Origin: Bacillales bacterium UBA1737
GTDB taxonomy: Bacteria; Bacillota_I; Bacilli_A; ML615J-28; CAG-313
Direction of reading: 5' to 3'
DNA length: 62,265 bases
Assembly (NCBI GenBank): GCA_002315915.1
Contig: DCIB01000024.1
Span: forward strand, 1 to 62,265
This document shows positions 39,823 to 51,145 of this stretch, in pieces; the first letter of the stretch is position 1; every line of letters starts with the position of its first letter. The notes beneath the pieces were generated by a model. It was not told the origin of the DNA. It saw only the letters and a program-made list of their open reading frames with translations, and searched no databases. Both the position numbers and the translations under genes were made by a program.

Positions 39823-40125
39823 CTAAAATATATAAGTTAAAATAAACATTATTATTATTGCTACTAAAGCTGTTATATATAACTTTTGATCTAACAACGC
39901 TAGTATTATAACTACAACTGTACCAATTATAGCTATATAAATATTACTGCAACAATAAAATATATATGGAAAAGTTAATGCAGATAATACCGCATAGGGC
40001 ATATAATATAAGAAATCTTTAATAAATCTAGACTTAATTTTTTTAGTAACAAATACAATAGGAATAGCTCTAGGTATTGCTGTTACTAAAAACATGACTA
40101 TTAATACTGAAATGATATATGTCAT
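39823..40125 (-). CDS. azlD: AzlD-family branched-chain amino acid transport protein
   Basis: 100-aa hydrophobic protein. I set the start at the ATG at 40125 after AGGAGG. ATGA overlap with azlC. Confidence 0.7.
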   Translation of the reverse strand: MTYIISVLIVMFLVTAIPRAIPIVFVTKKIKSRFIKDFLYYMPYAVLSALTFPYIFYCCSNIYIAIIGTVVVIILALLDQKLYITALVAIIIMFILTYIF

Positions 40126-40823
40126 AATGATTCCTCCTCTGTACGAGGAAATAAAATTGAACCAAATATACATGCAATAATAGTTGAAATAATAGTTTTA
40201 AATCCTGTTCCAATAGTACTAAATATAGGAACATAATATAATATGCACGATATAAATATAGCTAGTCCAATAACGTATATAATACTTTTACTTTTTTTTG
40301 CATTTGGTATAATTGCTGATAAAAACATTGAATATAATGAAATATTCATTACTTCTAATAAATTAGAAGGGAATAGTGATCCAAAAAAACATCCTAATGT
40401 AGTACCTAGTATCCATCCAAATAAAGCAATAGTAGTTAATCCAATCATATATGATGCTTTAATATCATCTTTTTCAGATATAGCTGTTGCATATATTTCA
40501 TCGGTTATGCCAAAACTCATAATAAATCTTTTCCACAAAGGCATCTTTATATCTATCCTTTGAGATAAAGAAATACTCATTAAAAGATATCTTAAGTTTA
40601 TTAATAATACTGTAATTCCTATTTCTAATAATGGAGCTAATTCAATCATTAACTTTTCACCTGCAAATTGCCCAGCAGAAGTTAAATTAGTTAATGACAT
40701 TATTATTGCTACAAGTGGGGATACACCATCATTTACACACATTACACCAAAAGCAAATGATACTGCAACATATCCAATTGCTATAGGTATGGCATTTTTA
40801 ATTCCTCTAAAAAAATCATTCAT
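40122..40823 (-). CDS. azlC: AzlC-family branched-chain amino acid permease
   Basis: 233-aa polytopic protein with an AzlC-like N-terminus (GIKNAIPIAIGYVAVSFAFG), paired with azlD. Confidence 0.75.
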   Translation of the reverse strand: MNDFFRGIKNAIPIAIGYVAVSFAFGVMCVNDGVSPLVAIIMSLTNLTSAGQFAGEKLMIELAPLLEIGITVLLINLRYLLMSISLSQRIDIKMPLWKRFIMSFGITDEIYATAISEKDDIKASYMIGLTTIALFGWILGTTLGCFFGSLFPSNLLEVMNISLYSMFLSAIIPNAKKSKSIIYVIGLAIFISCILYYVPIFSTIGTGFKTIISTIIACIFGSILFPRTEEESL

Positions 40824-40879
40824 AATATCACCAAATACATATACATTATATCAAAATATAAAATAATAGCGATAAGTTT

Positions 40880-43879
40880 TTACTTATCGCTATAAATTTT
40901 AGGTTTTGATAATATTCCAATCTTATCTAAATAATAATTATTATTAGATTTTTTAATATCTTTCATATTAAACCATTTAGGACTATCAGATAATTTATAT
41001 TTATATTTAACATGAACAGCACCTAAAGAATTTTCACTACTAATAAAAGTTGTAATATCAAGTTTATTTAAATTATTATTTACTTTAAAAAAAGTAGTAA
41101 AAGGAGATTTATAAATATAATTTTTTATAGAATTATTAAAATTTAACTCTAATAATGCTGATGCATAATTATTAATAAAGACTTTTAGGTTTTCTCCTAA
41201 ACAATTTATATCATTATGATATGTAACTTTTCCAGTATAGAAAGGTAATCCTTGATAAGTGAGGTCTTTATATTTAATATAATCTTTTAGTTTATCAATA
41301 TAGAATGTATTAAATCTTTTATAAACACCAAAATTACCTATTATAAATATATTTTCTAATCTATCATTATCTATAAATGTTTGTTCAATAGTAATAATAT
41401 TTAATCCTTTAGATAGATTAATTGGGTATTTTTTAAATGATTTATCTAGATAATAATCATTACTATTTATATTGTATAAATTATTATTAATATCAATAGA
41501 TTGAATACTGCTTTCAGATACTAATTCACAAGATATATCAATCTTAGATATTACATTAAATTTTAATTTAATAGATTGATTACTATTTGATTTAGGAGAA
41601 ATCCATCTAGTTAAATTTGATTTATAACTATCCATATGAAGATATTTTCTTAAAGTATCAGATAATTTATAAATAATATCTTTCTTTGACTCTTTATTAT
41701 TTACAATAAATGATGCTTTATCTAATAATAAACAATTTTCATTATCTAATGAATACTTAACTTTATTTTTAAATTTTATAGGTTTACTACATTCTATAAT
41801 TGATTGTTCAGAAGAGTTATCATTTAAATTATTATCTAAATGTAACATAATTGGATCATTATTATAAGAATTAATATTAACAATAGTTTTATTGTTAATA
41901 TGCTTTACATCTAATTGAGAAATGTTAGCGTTAAATAAATTATATCTTGATACATTATATATTCCATTAATTGTTATATCTAAGATATTATTATCAACTT
42001 TTGTTATATGTTTTAATGGTGTACATTCATCTACATAACAATTTTTATATGTGTTAGTAATAAACAACCATTTAGATTTATCATCTTGTAATATGGTAGA
42101 TATATAATTAGGTAATGTTTTACCATTTGATGTAATATCATAATCTTTTAAATATGATAGCTTATTAATAATTTCATCATATTTAAGATTAATAAAATTG
42201 CTATAATCAACATTTGATTTAATTCCATCAATATATGATGGCTTATTTAAATAATATACTTTATTAGTTTTTGAATATTTATATAAATAATCTAATGTTG
42301 TTTTTCTAATTGTTACAAGAGAAGGAATTAAAATCGCATCATAATGACATTTACCAATATTTAAATTATCTTTACTAACAAGTTCTTCTAACATTGATTC
42401 TGATATATAATCAAAATCAATATGGTTATATAGTAATATATTTGCTAGATTTAAAAATTCTTTATCGATATTTTTATCTTGAGATAAAAAATAACTTTCA
42501 ATAGGATGTATTACACCTAATTTAATAATTCTTTTACCTTGTTTTAATAAATAATTTAGTCTTGAAGAAAAATCTTCGATTATTTTAAATTCTTTATACC
42601 AAGGAGTTTGATAAGAAAGTGATGGAGGATAATCTCTTTTAGATTCACCTTTTAATGAATAAAGTGATAAATGAGGAACAAACTGAGTAACGCCTAAACA
42701 AGATAACCATGATGTTTCTTCTATATATTTACTAAATTCAACAGCATATCTAGATACACCGTATGATTCACATAAAATATCTTCTTTTCCTAATTGATGA
42801 CAAATACTTGATACTTGTTTAATAGTAGTAAATTCATGTTTACCACATAATAAATCAAGCCCTGGTACTCCAAATCCAGAATAATGAGCCATTGCTTCAC
42901 CAACAACTCTTTGTTGAGTTATAAGTTTTGGTTCTTCCATTAAATGACCTGTTAAATTAAGATTTAATTTTTTTGCTTTAGAACCAAGATTTAAAGAATA
43001 TGCTTCTTTAAATCTTTTTGTTACATGATTAAAATAATCAAGTCTAGATTTTGGATAAATAGATGAATTATTATTAAAAAAGATATATGGAACATTATCT
43101 ATTAAAGAATATCTATATTCTTTAATAAAAGTATCATTAAAATCATCAGTCCATGCAATTATACCAATATATTTATTATTAGGTTTTTTATATAATTTAA
43201 ATGGCTTAAATTGTGGTTCATCAGTAAATATATTCTTAATTGTAGTACCAAACTTATCTTTTAAAAATTTTTCATAATTACCATATGTAATTTCTGCAAA
43301 TTTATTCATTGCATCAATAGATAATACATCAACATATGTTTGATTATTATAAGATGGCGATTCATCTGCTATACATAAATATAAATTATATAAAGTATCA
43401 CCATTTAAATCATCTACTATTGTTTGATTTTTAATAGTTAGATTAAATTGTTTTAATAATACTCTACCACTTAATAATTTATTATTAACAAATACAGGAT
43501 TAGTATCTAATGATTCATATGTTAATACTAAAAAACGTTGTCTATATTCTTTATATTTTGTAACAAATCCACCACCATACCCAGATGGCCATCTATCTTC
43601 ATCATATAAATTTGCATACATACCTAATGATTCAGCATAATCTACACATGATTTTACTAAATCATTAAACTCATCACTTAAATAGGGAGTATCTAATCCA
43701 CATCTAGGATGCATATAGAATCCACCAAAACCAATTTCTTTAAAAATATCTATTTGGTGTAATAATTCTTTTTTATCTAATTTATCATTCCAAGCCCAAA
43801 ATGGACAACCTCTATAAATAGAAGGTGGATTATTAAATGTTTTAATATCAAAATTACTCATAATACATTGTTCTTTCAT
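40880..43879 (-). CDS. Large putative glycoside hydrolase of an uncharacterised family
   Basis: 999 aa. The N-terminal CPFWAWNDKLDKKELLHQIDIFKEIGFGGFYMHPRCGL...YDEDRWPSGYGGG is a pattern I associate with a poorly characterised TIM-barrel glycosidase group in Firmicutes. The exact family is not assignable by eye. Confidence 0.5.
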   Translation of the reverse strand: MKEQCIMSNFDIKTFNNPPSIYRGCPFWAWNDKLDKKELLHQIDIFKEIGFGGFYMHPRCGLDTPYLSDEFNDLVKSCVDYAESLGMYANLYDEDRWPSGYGGGFVTKYKEYRQRFLVLTYESLDTNPVFVNNKLLSGRVLLKQFNLTIKNQTIVDDLNGDTLYNLYLCIADESPSYNNQTYVDVLSIDAMNKFAEITYGNYEKFLKDKFGTTIKNIFTDEPQFKPFKLYKKPNNKYIGIIAWTDDFNDTFIKEYRYSLIDNVPYIFFNNNSSIYPKSRLDYFNHVTKRFKEAYSLNLGSKAKKLNLNLTGHLMEEPKLITQQRVVGEAMAHYSGFGVPGLDLLCGKHEFTTIKQVSSICHQLGKEDILCESYGVSRYAVEFSKYIEETSWLSCLGVTQFVPHLSLYSLKGESKRDYPPSLSYQTPWYKEFKIIEDFSSRLNYLLKQGKRIIKLGVIHPIESYFLSQDKNIDKEFLNLANILLYNHIDFDYISESMLEELVSKDNLNIGKCHYDAILIPSLVTIRKTTLDYLYKYSKTNKVYYLNKPSYIDGIKSNVDYSNFINLKYDEIINKLSYLKDYDITSNGKTLPNYISTILQDDKSKWLFITNTYKNCYVDECTPLKHITKVDNNILDITINGIYNVSRYNLFNANISQLDVKHINNKTIVNINSYNNDPIMLHLDNNLNDNSSEQSIIECSKPIKFKNKVKYSLDNENCLLLDKASFIVNNKESKKDIIYKLSDTLRKYLHMDSYKSNLTRWISPKSNSNQSIKLKFNVISKIDISCELVSESSIQSIDINNNLYNINSNDYYLDKSFKKYPINLSKGLNIITIEQTFIDNDRLENIFIIGNFGVYKRFNTFYIDKLKDYIKYKDLTYQGLPFYTGKVTYHNDINCLGENLKVFINNYASALLELNFNNSIKNYIYKSPFTTFFKVNNNLNKLDITTFISSENSLGAVHVKYKYKLSDSPKWFNMKDIKKSNNNYYLDKIGILSKPKIYSDK

Positions 43880-43900
43880 TAATTAATATTTTATCATAAT

Positions 43901-43936
43901 TAAAAAATTGTTGTGAATTTAATTCACAACAATTTT
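43901..43936 (-). terminator. Rho-independent terminator
   Basis: attgttgtgaa/ttcacaacaat stem followed by T5 on the minus strand. Confidence 0.75.
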
Positions 43937-44774
43937 AGTTTATTGTATTTAAATAATTAGATACTAAAATATATCCTTGTTTTCCATCATATTCTATATA
44001 TGAGCAATGATCTGCATCTTTTATAATAGATATTTTTGAGTTATTTATTGAATCATGAATATATATTGAATCTTCTAAATACATAATATCATGTTCGGCA
44101 GCAACAATATATGTTGGACAAATAATCTTATTTAGATATTCATAAGTAAAATTAGGTTCTTCTAGCATTAAATTATTTAATATAGAAGGATTAATTAAAT
44201 TATTAACTAATACAAAACAAGTAAAAAATAACTTAAATGTTTTAGGATTAGAGTTTGCACCACAAGATACTAGTGCTTTAATTGAATCTGGATACATTGA
44301 TGCAAGAGCAATACCAACCATTGCTCCATCAGAATGTCCTACAAAGAATGGTTTATTAAGTTGCATATTAGTTATAAACTGATAAACATCTTCTGCCATT
44401 AATTCATATGATATGATACCAGGATCAGTTGATTTACCATGACATCTACTTTCAATTAAATATACTTTATAATCATTACCTAAATATGTAGCAAGTTCTC
44501 GTAATGTATCACAAGATCCACCATTACCATGTAATAGTATTAATGGATATCCTTCTCCATATACTTCATAATGCATTGTTATATTTGTTAATTCACAGTA
44601 ACTATCATTAGATTTTTCTACTGGATTAGGTAAATCTGATGTATCTAGTGTAATTAAATCATAATTATTAGATTTAATTCTTACTACTATTCTTTCTGTT
44701 ACAACAATAATACCTATTATGAATAAAATTATTCCTAATATTATTAAAGTTTTCTTTTTATTATTTTTCATCAT
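43935..44774 (-). CDS. Membrane-anchored alpha/beta hydrolase
   Basis: N-terminal TM helix, oxyanion HGNGGS, nucleophile elbow GHSDGA, and a C-terminal DH pair (DADHCS). Confidence 0.75.
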   Translation of the reverse strand: MMKNNKKKTLIILGIILFIIGIIVVTERIVVRIKSNNYDLITLDTSDLPNPVEKSNDSYCELTNITMHYEVYGEGYPLILLHGNGGSCDTLRELATYLGNDYKVYLIESRCHGKSTDPGIISYELMAEDVYQFITNMQLNKPFFVGHSDGAMVGIALASMYPDSIKALVSCGANSNPKTFKLFFTCFVLVNNLINPSILNNLMLEEPNFTYEYLNKIICPTYIVAAEHDIMYLEDSIYIHDSINNSKISIIKDADHCSYIEYDGKQGYILVSNYLNTIN

Positions 44775-46170
44775 ATATCAAAGACTCGTAATCAATACCT
44801 TTTGTTTCTTTTGCTTTTGTAATAACTAATATTAATGAATAAACTAAAGAAGGAACAACTACTGCAACACATGGAATCCAAATAGGTAAGAACCATACAC
44901 CAACAGATAATATACAAAATCCTGCACCTGAACCAAGTAAATAAATGAAGTTAGCTCCAGCAATAACAGATGCTCTATTATCAGTAGGTGTATTTTCAGT
45001 CATCATTATCTCTATATAGTCTTTTCCAATCCAATATGAACCTATATATAACGCATAGAAAAATCCTACGATTATTGGTGGAAAGTCACTATATGCAGAT
45101 ATAATAAACATTATATATGATAATAATGCTATTAAACCAAACGTCACAACTGTTCTTTTACGACCTAATTTATCAGAAATAACTCCCGAAAAGATAGTGA
45201 TAATACCAAATATTATAGAATAAGGTATTAAAGCAGTAGTAATTTCATTAGTAGTCATACCTGCTTCATTCATTATTGGCTGATAATACTTACTCATAGC
45301 TATCATACAAGTACAAAATGATACTTGTGCAAACATTAAAACTCTTAAATCTTTGTGTTTGAATATATATTTAATTGATTTTAGTAGGGAAATTTTTTCA
45401 ATAGCTTTAATCTTAGATTCTTTTATCTTTTCTTCTTTTTTAGATTTTCTTTCTTCATAAGGTATTTCTAGATATTTAATTCTTTCATCAACAAATGGTT
45501 TGGTTTCGCGAATAAACAAAAATGCTACAACTGCAAATATAAGTCCACATAATCCTGGAATATAATAAATTAATTGCCATTTAGATCCATCATTACCCAT
45601 TAAAAAATCTCTTAGATAAGGTATAGATATAGTACCAATAATACTTATACCTTTAGTAAGACTATAAATAGTAGTACGTTTATCCTTAGGAGCTTCTTCT
45701 AATATATATAGAATTTGCATATCATGAGAAGTAAAGAATGTTACTACAATAGCTCCAATTATATATGCAATATAATTATCAGCTAAATAAATTAGTATCA
45801 TTCCAAGTCCCATACCTAAGGTAGATACTATTAAAAGTGGTTTTCTACCGAATCTATCGCCTAAAATTTTATATATAGGGGCAAGAATTGATGCAGTACC
45901 TGTAAATACCGCAAAACTATTATGTATTACAAGTCCTTCATTAGGTGTGAATGTTCTACCAAAGAATGGTCTAGATACAAAAAAAGTATTAATTATATTA
46001 GTTGTAACACCTGTTCCTATAGTAGATGCAGTTTCATCCAGCATATTAACCAATATAATTATTATTACTAATGAAAATGTATATCCAAAATATGGTTTCT
46101 TATTTTGCTTTTTACGTAAATTAATTAATTCTTTTTGTTCACGTAAAATTATTCTAGAATCTTTATCCAT
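44761..46170 (-). CDS. MFS transporter
   Basis: 469 aa, 12-TM layout. GDRFGRKP and DKLGRKR loop motifs at the two MFS half-repeats. Confidence 0.8.
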   Translation of the reverse strand: MDKDSRIILREQKELINLRKKQNKKPYFGYTFSLVIIIILVNMLDETASTIGTGVTTNIINTFFVSRPFFGRTFTPNEGLVIHNSFAVFTGTASILAPIYKILGDRFGRKPLLIVSTLGMGLGMILIYLADNYIAYIIGAIVVTFFTSHDMQILYILEEAPKDKRTTIYSLTKGISIIGTISIPYLRDFLMGNDGSKWQLIYYIPGLCGLIFAVVAFLFIRETKPFVDERIKYLEIPYEERKSKKEEKIKESKIKAIEKISLLKSIKYIFKHKDLRVLMFAQVSFCTCMIAMSKYYQPIMNEAGMTTNEITTALIPYSIIFGIITIFSGVISDKLGRKRTVVTFGLIALLSYIMFIISAYSDFPPIIVGFFYALYIGSYWIGKDYIEIMMTENTPTDNRASVIAGANFIYLLGSGAGFCILSVGVWFLPIWIPCVAVVVPSLVYSLILVITKAKETKGIDYESLIYDEK

Positions 46171-46252
46171 ATAATACCTTTAAATAATTTTTGTTCAAAT
46201 ATATATAATATTATACATTATTAGACCCAATTATGTAGTAAAACATATAATT

Positions 46253-46291
46253 AAAAAACACTTATTATCTATTAAAAATAATAAGTGTTTT
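46253..46291 (-). terminator. Rho-independent terminator
   Basis: 13-bp stem aaaacacttatta/taataagtgtttt. Confidence 0.65.
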
Positions 46292-46326
46292 AATTATTAT
46301 ATAGGAAATAATATATAAACAAATAC

Positions 46327-46857
46327 TCATTTTTTATTACTTATTTTATCAACCGCAAGAACAATCGGTGGAATAAGGATGGTTAATATAATAAATGATA
46401 ACCAACATGATACAAAACCATCTATAAAGAACATTTCAATAGTAAAACCTTTATAAATAAAGAAAGATAAAATGTATTTAGCAATTCCCCATACTATTTT
46501 TCCCAAGATAATCGATATTATTAATGATATATATATTGATAATCCATTAGACATTTTTTTAATAAATATCTTTTTAAAAAGCCCGGCAAAATATGCATAA
46601 GCGAATAATTCAAAAGACATAGAAATATATGTAGGAAAGTAAGGTGATCCAAAAAATAAATATCTTGTAAAAGGCATTATAAAAGAAACTAATCCCCCAT
46701 ATAAAGGACCGAGTAAATATCCAGCTAAAAAAGCAGGGATATGCATAGGTGATATGAGTGTTCCTACTTGTGGAATACCATTAGTTATAAATGGTAACAC
46801 ATATGCAAGTGATAATAATAAAGCTGATAGACATATTTTAAAAATTGATTTTTTCAT
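46327..46857 (-). CDS. ECF-transporter S-component-like membrane protein (substrate unknown)
   Basis: I set the start at the ATG at 46857 (MKKSIF) after AAGGA. SPMHIPAFLAGYLLGPLYGG and MSFELFAYAYFAG resemble solitary ECF S components. The track N-terminal extension runs through the upstream terminator. Confidence 0.55.
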   Translation of the reverse strand: MKKSIFKICLSALLLSLAYVLPFITNGIPQVGTLISPMHIPAFLAGYLLGPLYGGLVSFIMPFTRYLFFGSPYFPTYISMSFELFAYAYFAGLFKKIFIKKMSNGLSIYISLIISIILGKIVWGIAKYILSFFIYKGFTIEMFFIDGFVSCWLSFIILTILIPPIVLAVDKISNKK

Positions 46858-46894
46858 TTTGTTTTCCTTAAATATATTATAACAAATAATTAAA

Positions 46895-46929
46895 AATAAA
46901 TAGAACAAGTAAAACTTGTTCTATTTATT
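46895..46929 (-). terminator. Rho-independent terminator of the GH3 gene
   Basis: 15-bp perfect stem aataaatagaacaag/cttgttctatttatt with a 5-nt loop. Confidence 0.8.
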
Positions 46930-46932
46930 GTT

Positions 46933-49395
46933 TTATTCAAAATCTGTAGTTTTTATTTTTTCACATACTTTTGCGTGAATAATTGATTCAATAATATGTG
47001 ATGTTGCTATTCTTAATGATTTTAAAGATAATTTATGAGTTTTATATCCATGATATAGACTCTTTTCAAATTTTTTTCCGCCAGGCATAATCATATCATT
47101 ACCAGATTCAAGCGCTTCTGGGTTAGTACCTTGACCATTATTTGTTGATAACCAATCTGTCATAACTACACCATTAAAGCCCCATTCATTACGTAATGCT
47201 TTAGTATTTAAATCATATCTATCAGGTGTATATACCCCATTTACTAAGTTATAAGAAGTCATTACAGATTTAGGATTAGATTCTTTAACAGCAATTTCAA
47301 ATCCTTTAATATATATTTCTCGTAATGCTCTTTCGTGTATATGGGAATTAGAATGAGTTCTATTATCTTCTTGGTTGTTACAACAGAAGTGTTTAATAGT
47401 AACATAATTACCTTTAGTTTCTTGTACACCTTTAGTTAATGCAGCAGTAACTTTTCCTGATACAAAAGGATCTTCAGAGAAATATTCAAAGTTTCTTCCA
47501 CATAATGGATTACGATGAATATTAAGAGCTGGTGCTAACCAATATGTTATACCATATTCAGTCATCTCAGATGATATAAGTCTACCAATATCTACTAATA
47601 AATCTTCATTCCAAGATTGTGCAAGAGCTGTTGCAACAGGAATAGAAGTTAAATTTTGATATAGTTTAGTATCTGTTTCTTTAGCAAGTACAGGTTTTAA
47701 TATCTTAGTAGATATTCTATTCATAGCAGCCATTTGATAATTGCCCTCTACTAAACGTTGTTTACCTTTTTTATTAATAGCAGATACTCTTAATAATCTA
47801 AGACCTGCTGGTCCATCAGATAAATTAACATTTATTAATCCTTTATCAAATAATTTAGAAGTAGTTCTACCAACTGTACCTGGTGAATAGAATTTTTCTG
47901 TGCTATACATTCCAGTTACTCCTTCACCAACACATACATTAATCATTTCTTTCACAGATAATTTATTTAATATATCTTGAACATCTTGAGATTTATCTTC
48001 TTCTGATTCTGGATAAGTAACTTTAATACATTCTATTTTAGAAGAATCTAATATTATTTCTTTTAATCCTGTAATATCTTCTTCTTTATTTACCGGAGGA
48101 ACTATTTCTTTTAATTCTTTATCAATCTTACAAATATTTGTAAGTTTTACTAAAGATATAGTTTTATCTAGTTTTAATACAAATGATGATTTTACATTAT
48201 CAGAAGCATTACCTACTTTTATTATATAATTACCTTTTTCTAATATATATGAAGCAGTTTCTTCATCATAAGATGCTAAATCATATAAATTAAATTTAAT
48301 GTTTAATGTTTCTTCTTCATTAGGAGATAATTCTTTAGTCTTTTTAAAACCTATTAATCTTTTAGCTTCTTTTAATAACTTACCATTTAGACAAGCCGCA
48401 TAAACTTGAACAACTTCTTTTGCTGTAAAACTACCTGTATTTTTAACAATAATTGATACTTCACAATCATTCTTATTAATAGTTAGATCTTTTGCGTTTA
48501 TATCAAATGTAGTATATGTTAATCCATATCCAAAAGCAAAACGTGGTTTTACATTAAATGTATCAAAATATCTATATCCAACATATATTCCTTCAATATA
48601 ATCTTCATTCTTAGTATCACCAGATAGATAACTATAAGTTTTACCCGCTACTAAATCATCATATGTTTTAGCCCAAGAATCTGTTAGTTTTGCAGAGAAT
48701 GATACTTTACCAGATATTAAATCTGCAAAAGCATTTCCTCCTTCTTCACCTTGTTGAACATAGAAAATAATACTTTTAACATCATCAACAACATCAGATA
48801 TATCCATATATGATCCAGAATTAATAACTAGGATGGAATTCTTATAAGATGCAGCCATCTTTTTAATACTAGCTACTTCACTTTTAGATAGATTAAATTC
48901 ACCTTTATCTAACTTTTTATCGTTTCCTTCACCAGCTTGACGAGCTACAACATACATAGCAGTATCACAATTAGATAATTTTATATCTTCATCACTTATT
49001 TCTCTTCCAAATGGAATCATAAAATATCCATTAAAGAAATCCATTATTTTAAATAAATTAAGAGATCCATGATAAAAATCATATAATCCTTTTTGATATA
49101 CTGTTTCATATTCATCAAGCCACTTTTGTGATGTAATATCAAATCCTGCATTTTTTAATCCATCATAAATAGATACTGCATAACGTTCATTTACTTCTCC
49201 AGAACCTGTTCCACCTTTAACAGTATGTACAACTCCTTCACCATAACATGCAATTTTTTTAGATTTTAAAGGTAATACTCCTTCATTTTTTAAAAGACAT
49301 ATTCCTTCTAATGCCGCTTTATAAGAAGTTTCTCTATTTTTCTTTTCTAATAAAGTTACCTCATCTGTTAATTTAGCAAATGTAAATTGTTTCAT
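46933..49395 (-). CDS. GH3 beta-glucosidase-type glycoside hydrolase with permuted domain order
   Basis: The sandwich and FnIII-like parts (GTGSGEVN, VQVYA) come first. The TIM-barrel catalytic part (KHFCCNNQE, nucleophile motif VMTDW) lies at the C-terminus. Confidence 0.85.
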   Translation of the reverse strand: MKQFTFAKLTDEVTLLEKKNRETSYKAALEGICLLKNEGVLPLKSKKIACYGEGVVHTVKGGTGSGEVNERYAVSIYDGLKNAGFDITSQKWLDEYETVYQKGLYDFYHGSLNLFKIMDFFNGYFMIPFGREISDEDIKLSNCDTAMYVVARQAGEGNDKKLDKGEFNLSKSEVASIKKMAASYKNSILVINSGSYMDISDVVDDVKSIIFYVQQGEEGGNAFADLISGKVSFSAKLTDSWAKTYDDLVAGKTYSYLSGDTKNEDYIEGIYVGYRYFDTFNVKPRFAFGYGLTYTTFDINAKDLTINKNDCEVSIIVKNTGSFTAKEVVQVYAACLNGKLLKEAKRLIGFKKTKELSPNEEETLNIKFNLYDLASYDEETASYILEKGNYIIKVGNASDNVKSSFVLKLDKTISLVKLTNICKIDKELKEIVPPVNKEEDITGLKEIILDSSKIECIKVTYPESEEDKSQDVQDILNKLSVKEMINVCVGEGVTGMYSTEKFYSPGTVGRTTSKLFDKGLINVNLSDGPAGLRLLRVSAINKKGKQRLVEGNYQMAAMNRISTKILKPVLAKETDTKLYQNLTSIPVATALAQSWNEDLLVDIGRLISSEMTEYGITYWLAPALNIHRNPLCGRNFEYFSEDPFVSGKVTAALTKGVQETKGNYVTIKHFCCNNQEDNRTHSNSHIHERALREIYIKGFEIAVKESNPKSVMTSYNLVNGVYTPDRYDLNTKALRNEWGFNGVVMTDWLSTNNGQGTNPEALESGNDMIMPGGKKFEKSLYHGYKTHKLSLKSLRIATSHIIESIIHAKVCEKIKTTDFE

Positions 49396-49405
49396 ATATA
49401 TACTC

Positions 49406-51088
49406 CTATAATTTTAATAATTTTTTAATTGAAGATGTAACTTCAATAAATGATTCTTCCTTAAATGGACTCTTTAATCCAGATAATTCTAATAATTCAA
49501 TAAATGATTTAGTAGGACCTAATTTAGAAAATGCTAGATATTTTTCTAAAGCTTTATCATAATCTATTAAAGATTCAGATAAGAATTGAAATGATACAAA
49601 TTGAGCAAGACAATAATCAATATAATAGAAAGGTACTTCAAATATATGAGCTTGTCTCATCCAACGTCTACCTTCTCCATAAAAAGGGATATTTGTATTA
49701 TCCATATATGGTAAGAATTCTTTTTCTAACTTTTTCCAATATTCTATTCTATCATTTGGTGAAACGTCTGGATTATCATATACATATTGTTGAAAAGCAT
49801 CAACTATAGTACCATATGGAATAAATGAAATACTAGATGCAATATGATTAAAATAAAAATCATCTAATCGATCTTTAAAGAAATACTTCATCCAAGGATA
49901 TGTCATAAATTCCATACCCATAGAATGACATTCAGCAGTTTCCATAGATAATGTATATAATTCTTCATATTCATGTTTAAAATTAAAATGACCATTTAAT
50001 GAATGACCAAATTCATGAGTAAATGTTGCAACATCATCCATCGAACCATTAAAGTTAGCTAAAATAAATGGAGTTTTATATAGAGGTATCTCTTCCATAT
50101 ATCCACCACCCCATTTACCTGGTCTACTTTCTACATCAAATGCTTCAATTTTGCGCATATGAGTAAATAAATTACCAGCTTCTATATTCATTTCATGATA
50201 CATTTTTTCAGCTGCATCAAACTTTTCTTCAATAGTTCCATAAGGATCACAAGAATTTTTTGTATATATTGCATCATCGTAGAATGTAATACTATCAAGA
50301 TTTAAATCTTTTTTAACTTTATTTTTAATATCGCATACTAAAGGTACTATATATTTTTTAACATTTTCTTTAAATAATTTAATATCATTTTTATCATAAC
50401 AAGTTCTATTCATATTAGCATAACCTAACTTAGAATAGTTATCAAAACCTAAAAGTTTTCCTTGTTTAGTTCTTATTTTTACTAAATCATCATATATAGA
50501 ACTAATTTTATCTTCTACTTCCATATATTTAGATCCCAGTGCAACAAATGCACCTTCTCTTAATGATCTATCTACATAAGAAGCGTACTTCATAATACCA
50601 GATGGTGGAAGAGTTTCTCCATTATAATCTATTAATAAATTACTCATTAACATAGTATATTCAGAAACTTTTTTTGCTTCTTCTATTTTTAATGGAACTA
50701 ATCTTTCATCTAATACACTAATAGCTAGTTCCATTGATTTAAACATTACTTTTGGAAAATGTTTTTCTAATTCGCATCTAAATTTAGAATTAATTATTTT
50801 ATTTTGAAAAGAAGTATCAGCAACTTTAAACAAAGGTAATGTTTCATCCCAAAAGTTTTTCTCATCAATATATTCTTTTACTCTTGTATCTTGAGTAAAT
50901 CTAATTTGAGCAAGTATATATAGAGTTCTTAATACTTTTATTTCTTCACAATATTCTTTTAATATATTTAAAACTTCATTAATATCTAAAGAATTATCTA
51001 ATTTATTACCTAATATATTCAATTTATTAATTACTTTATCTTTATCCGGCCTATTATAAGGCATTTCAGAAACTTTATAATCTATCAT
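49406..51088 (-). CDS. M3-family oligoendopeptidase (PepF-like)
   Basis: HEFGH zinc motif with a downstream Glu (ETAECHS). 560 aa. Confidence 0.85.
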   Translation of the reverse strand: MIDYKVSEMPYNRPDKDKVINKLNILGNKLDNSLDINEVLNILKEYCEEIKVLRTLYILAQIRFTQDTRVKEYIDEKNFWDETLPLFKVADTSFQNKIINSKFRCELEKHFPKVMFKSMELAISVLDERLVPLKIEEAKKVSEYTMLMSNLLIDYNGETLPPSGIMKYASYVDRSLREGAFVALGSKYMEVEDKISSIYDDLVKIRTKQGKLLGFDNYSKLGYANMNRTCYDKNDIKLFKENVKKYIVPLVCDIKNKVKKDLNLDSITFYDDAIYTKNSCDPYGTIEEKFDAAEKMYHEMNIEAGNLFTHMRKIEAFDVESRPGKWGGGYMEEIPLYKTPFILANFNGSMDDVATFTHEFGHSLNGHFNFKHEYEELYTLSMETAECHSMGMEFMTYPWMKYFFKDRLDDFYFNHIASSISFIPYGTIVDAFQQYVYDNPDVSPNDRIEYWKKLEKEFLPYMDNTNIPFYGEGRRWMRQAHIFEVPFYYIDYCLAQFVSFQFLSESLIDYDKALEKYLAFSKLGPTKSFIELLELSGLKSPFKEESFIEVTSSIKKLLKL

Positions 51089-51145
51089 TTATTTATCCTT
51101 CATATATATTTATATTTTATCAAAATATATATTTTAATACCAGAA

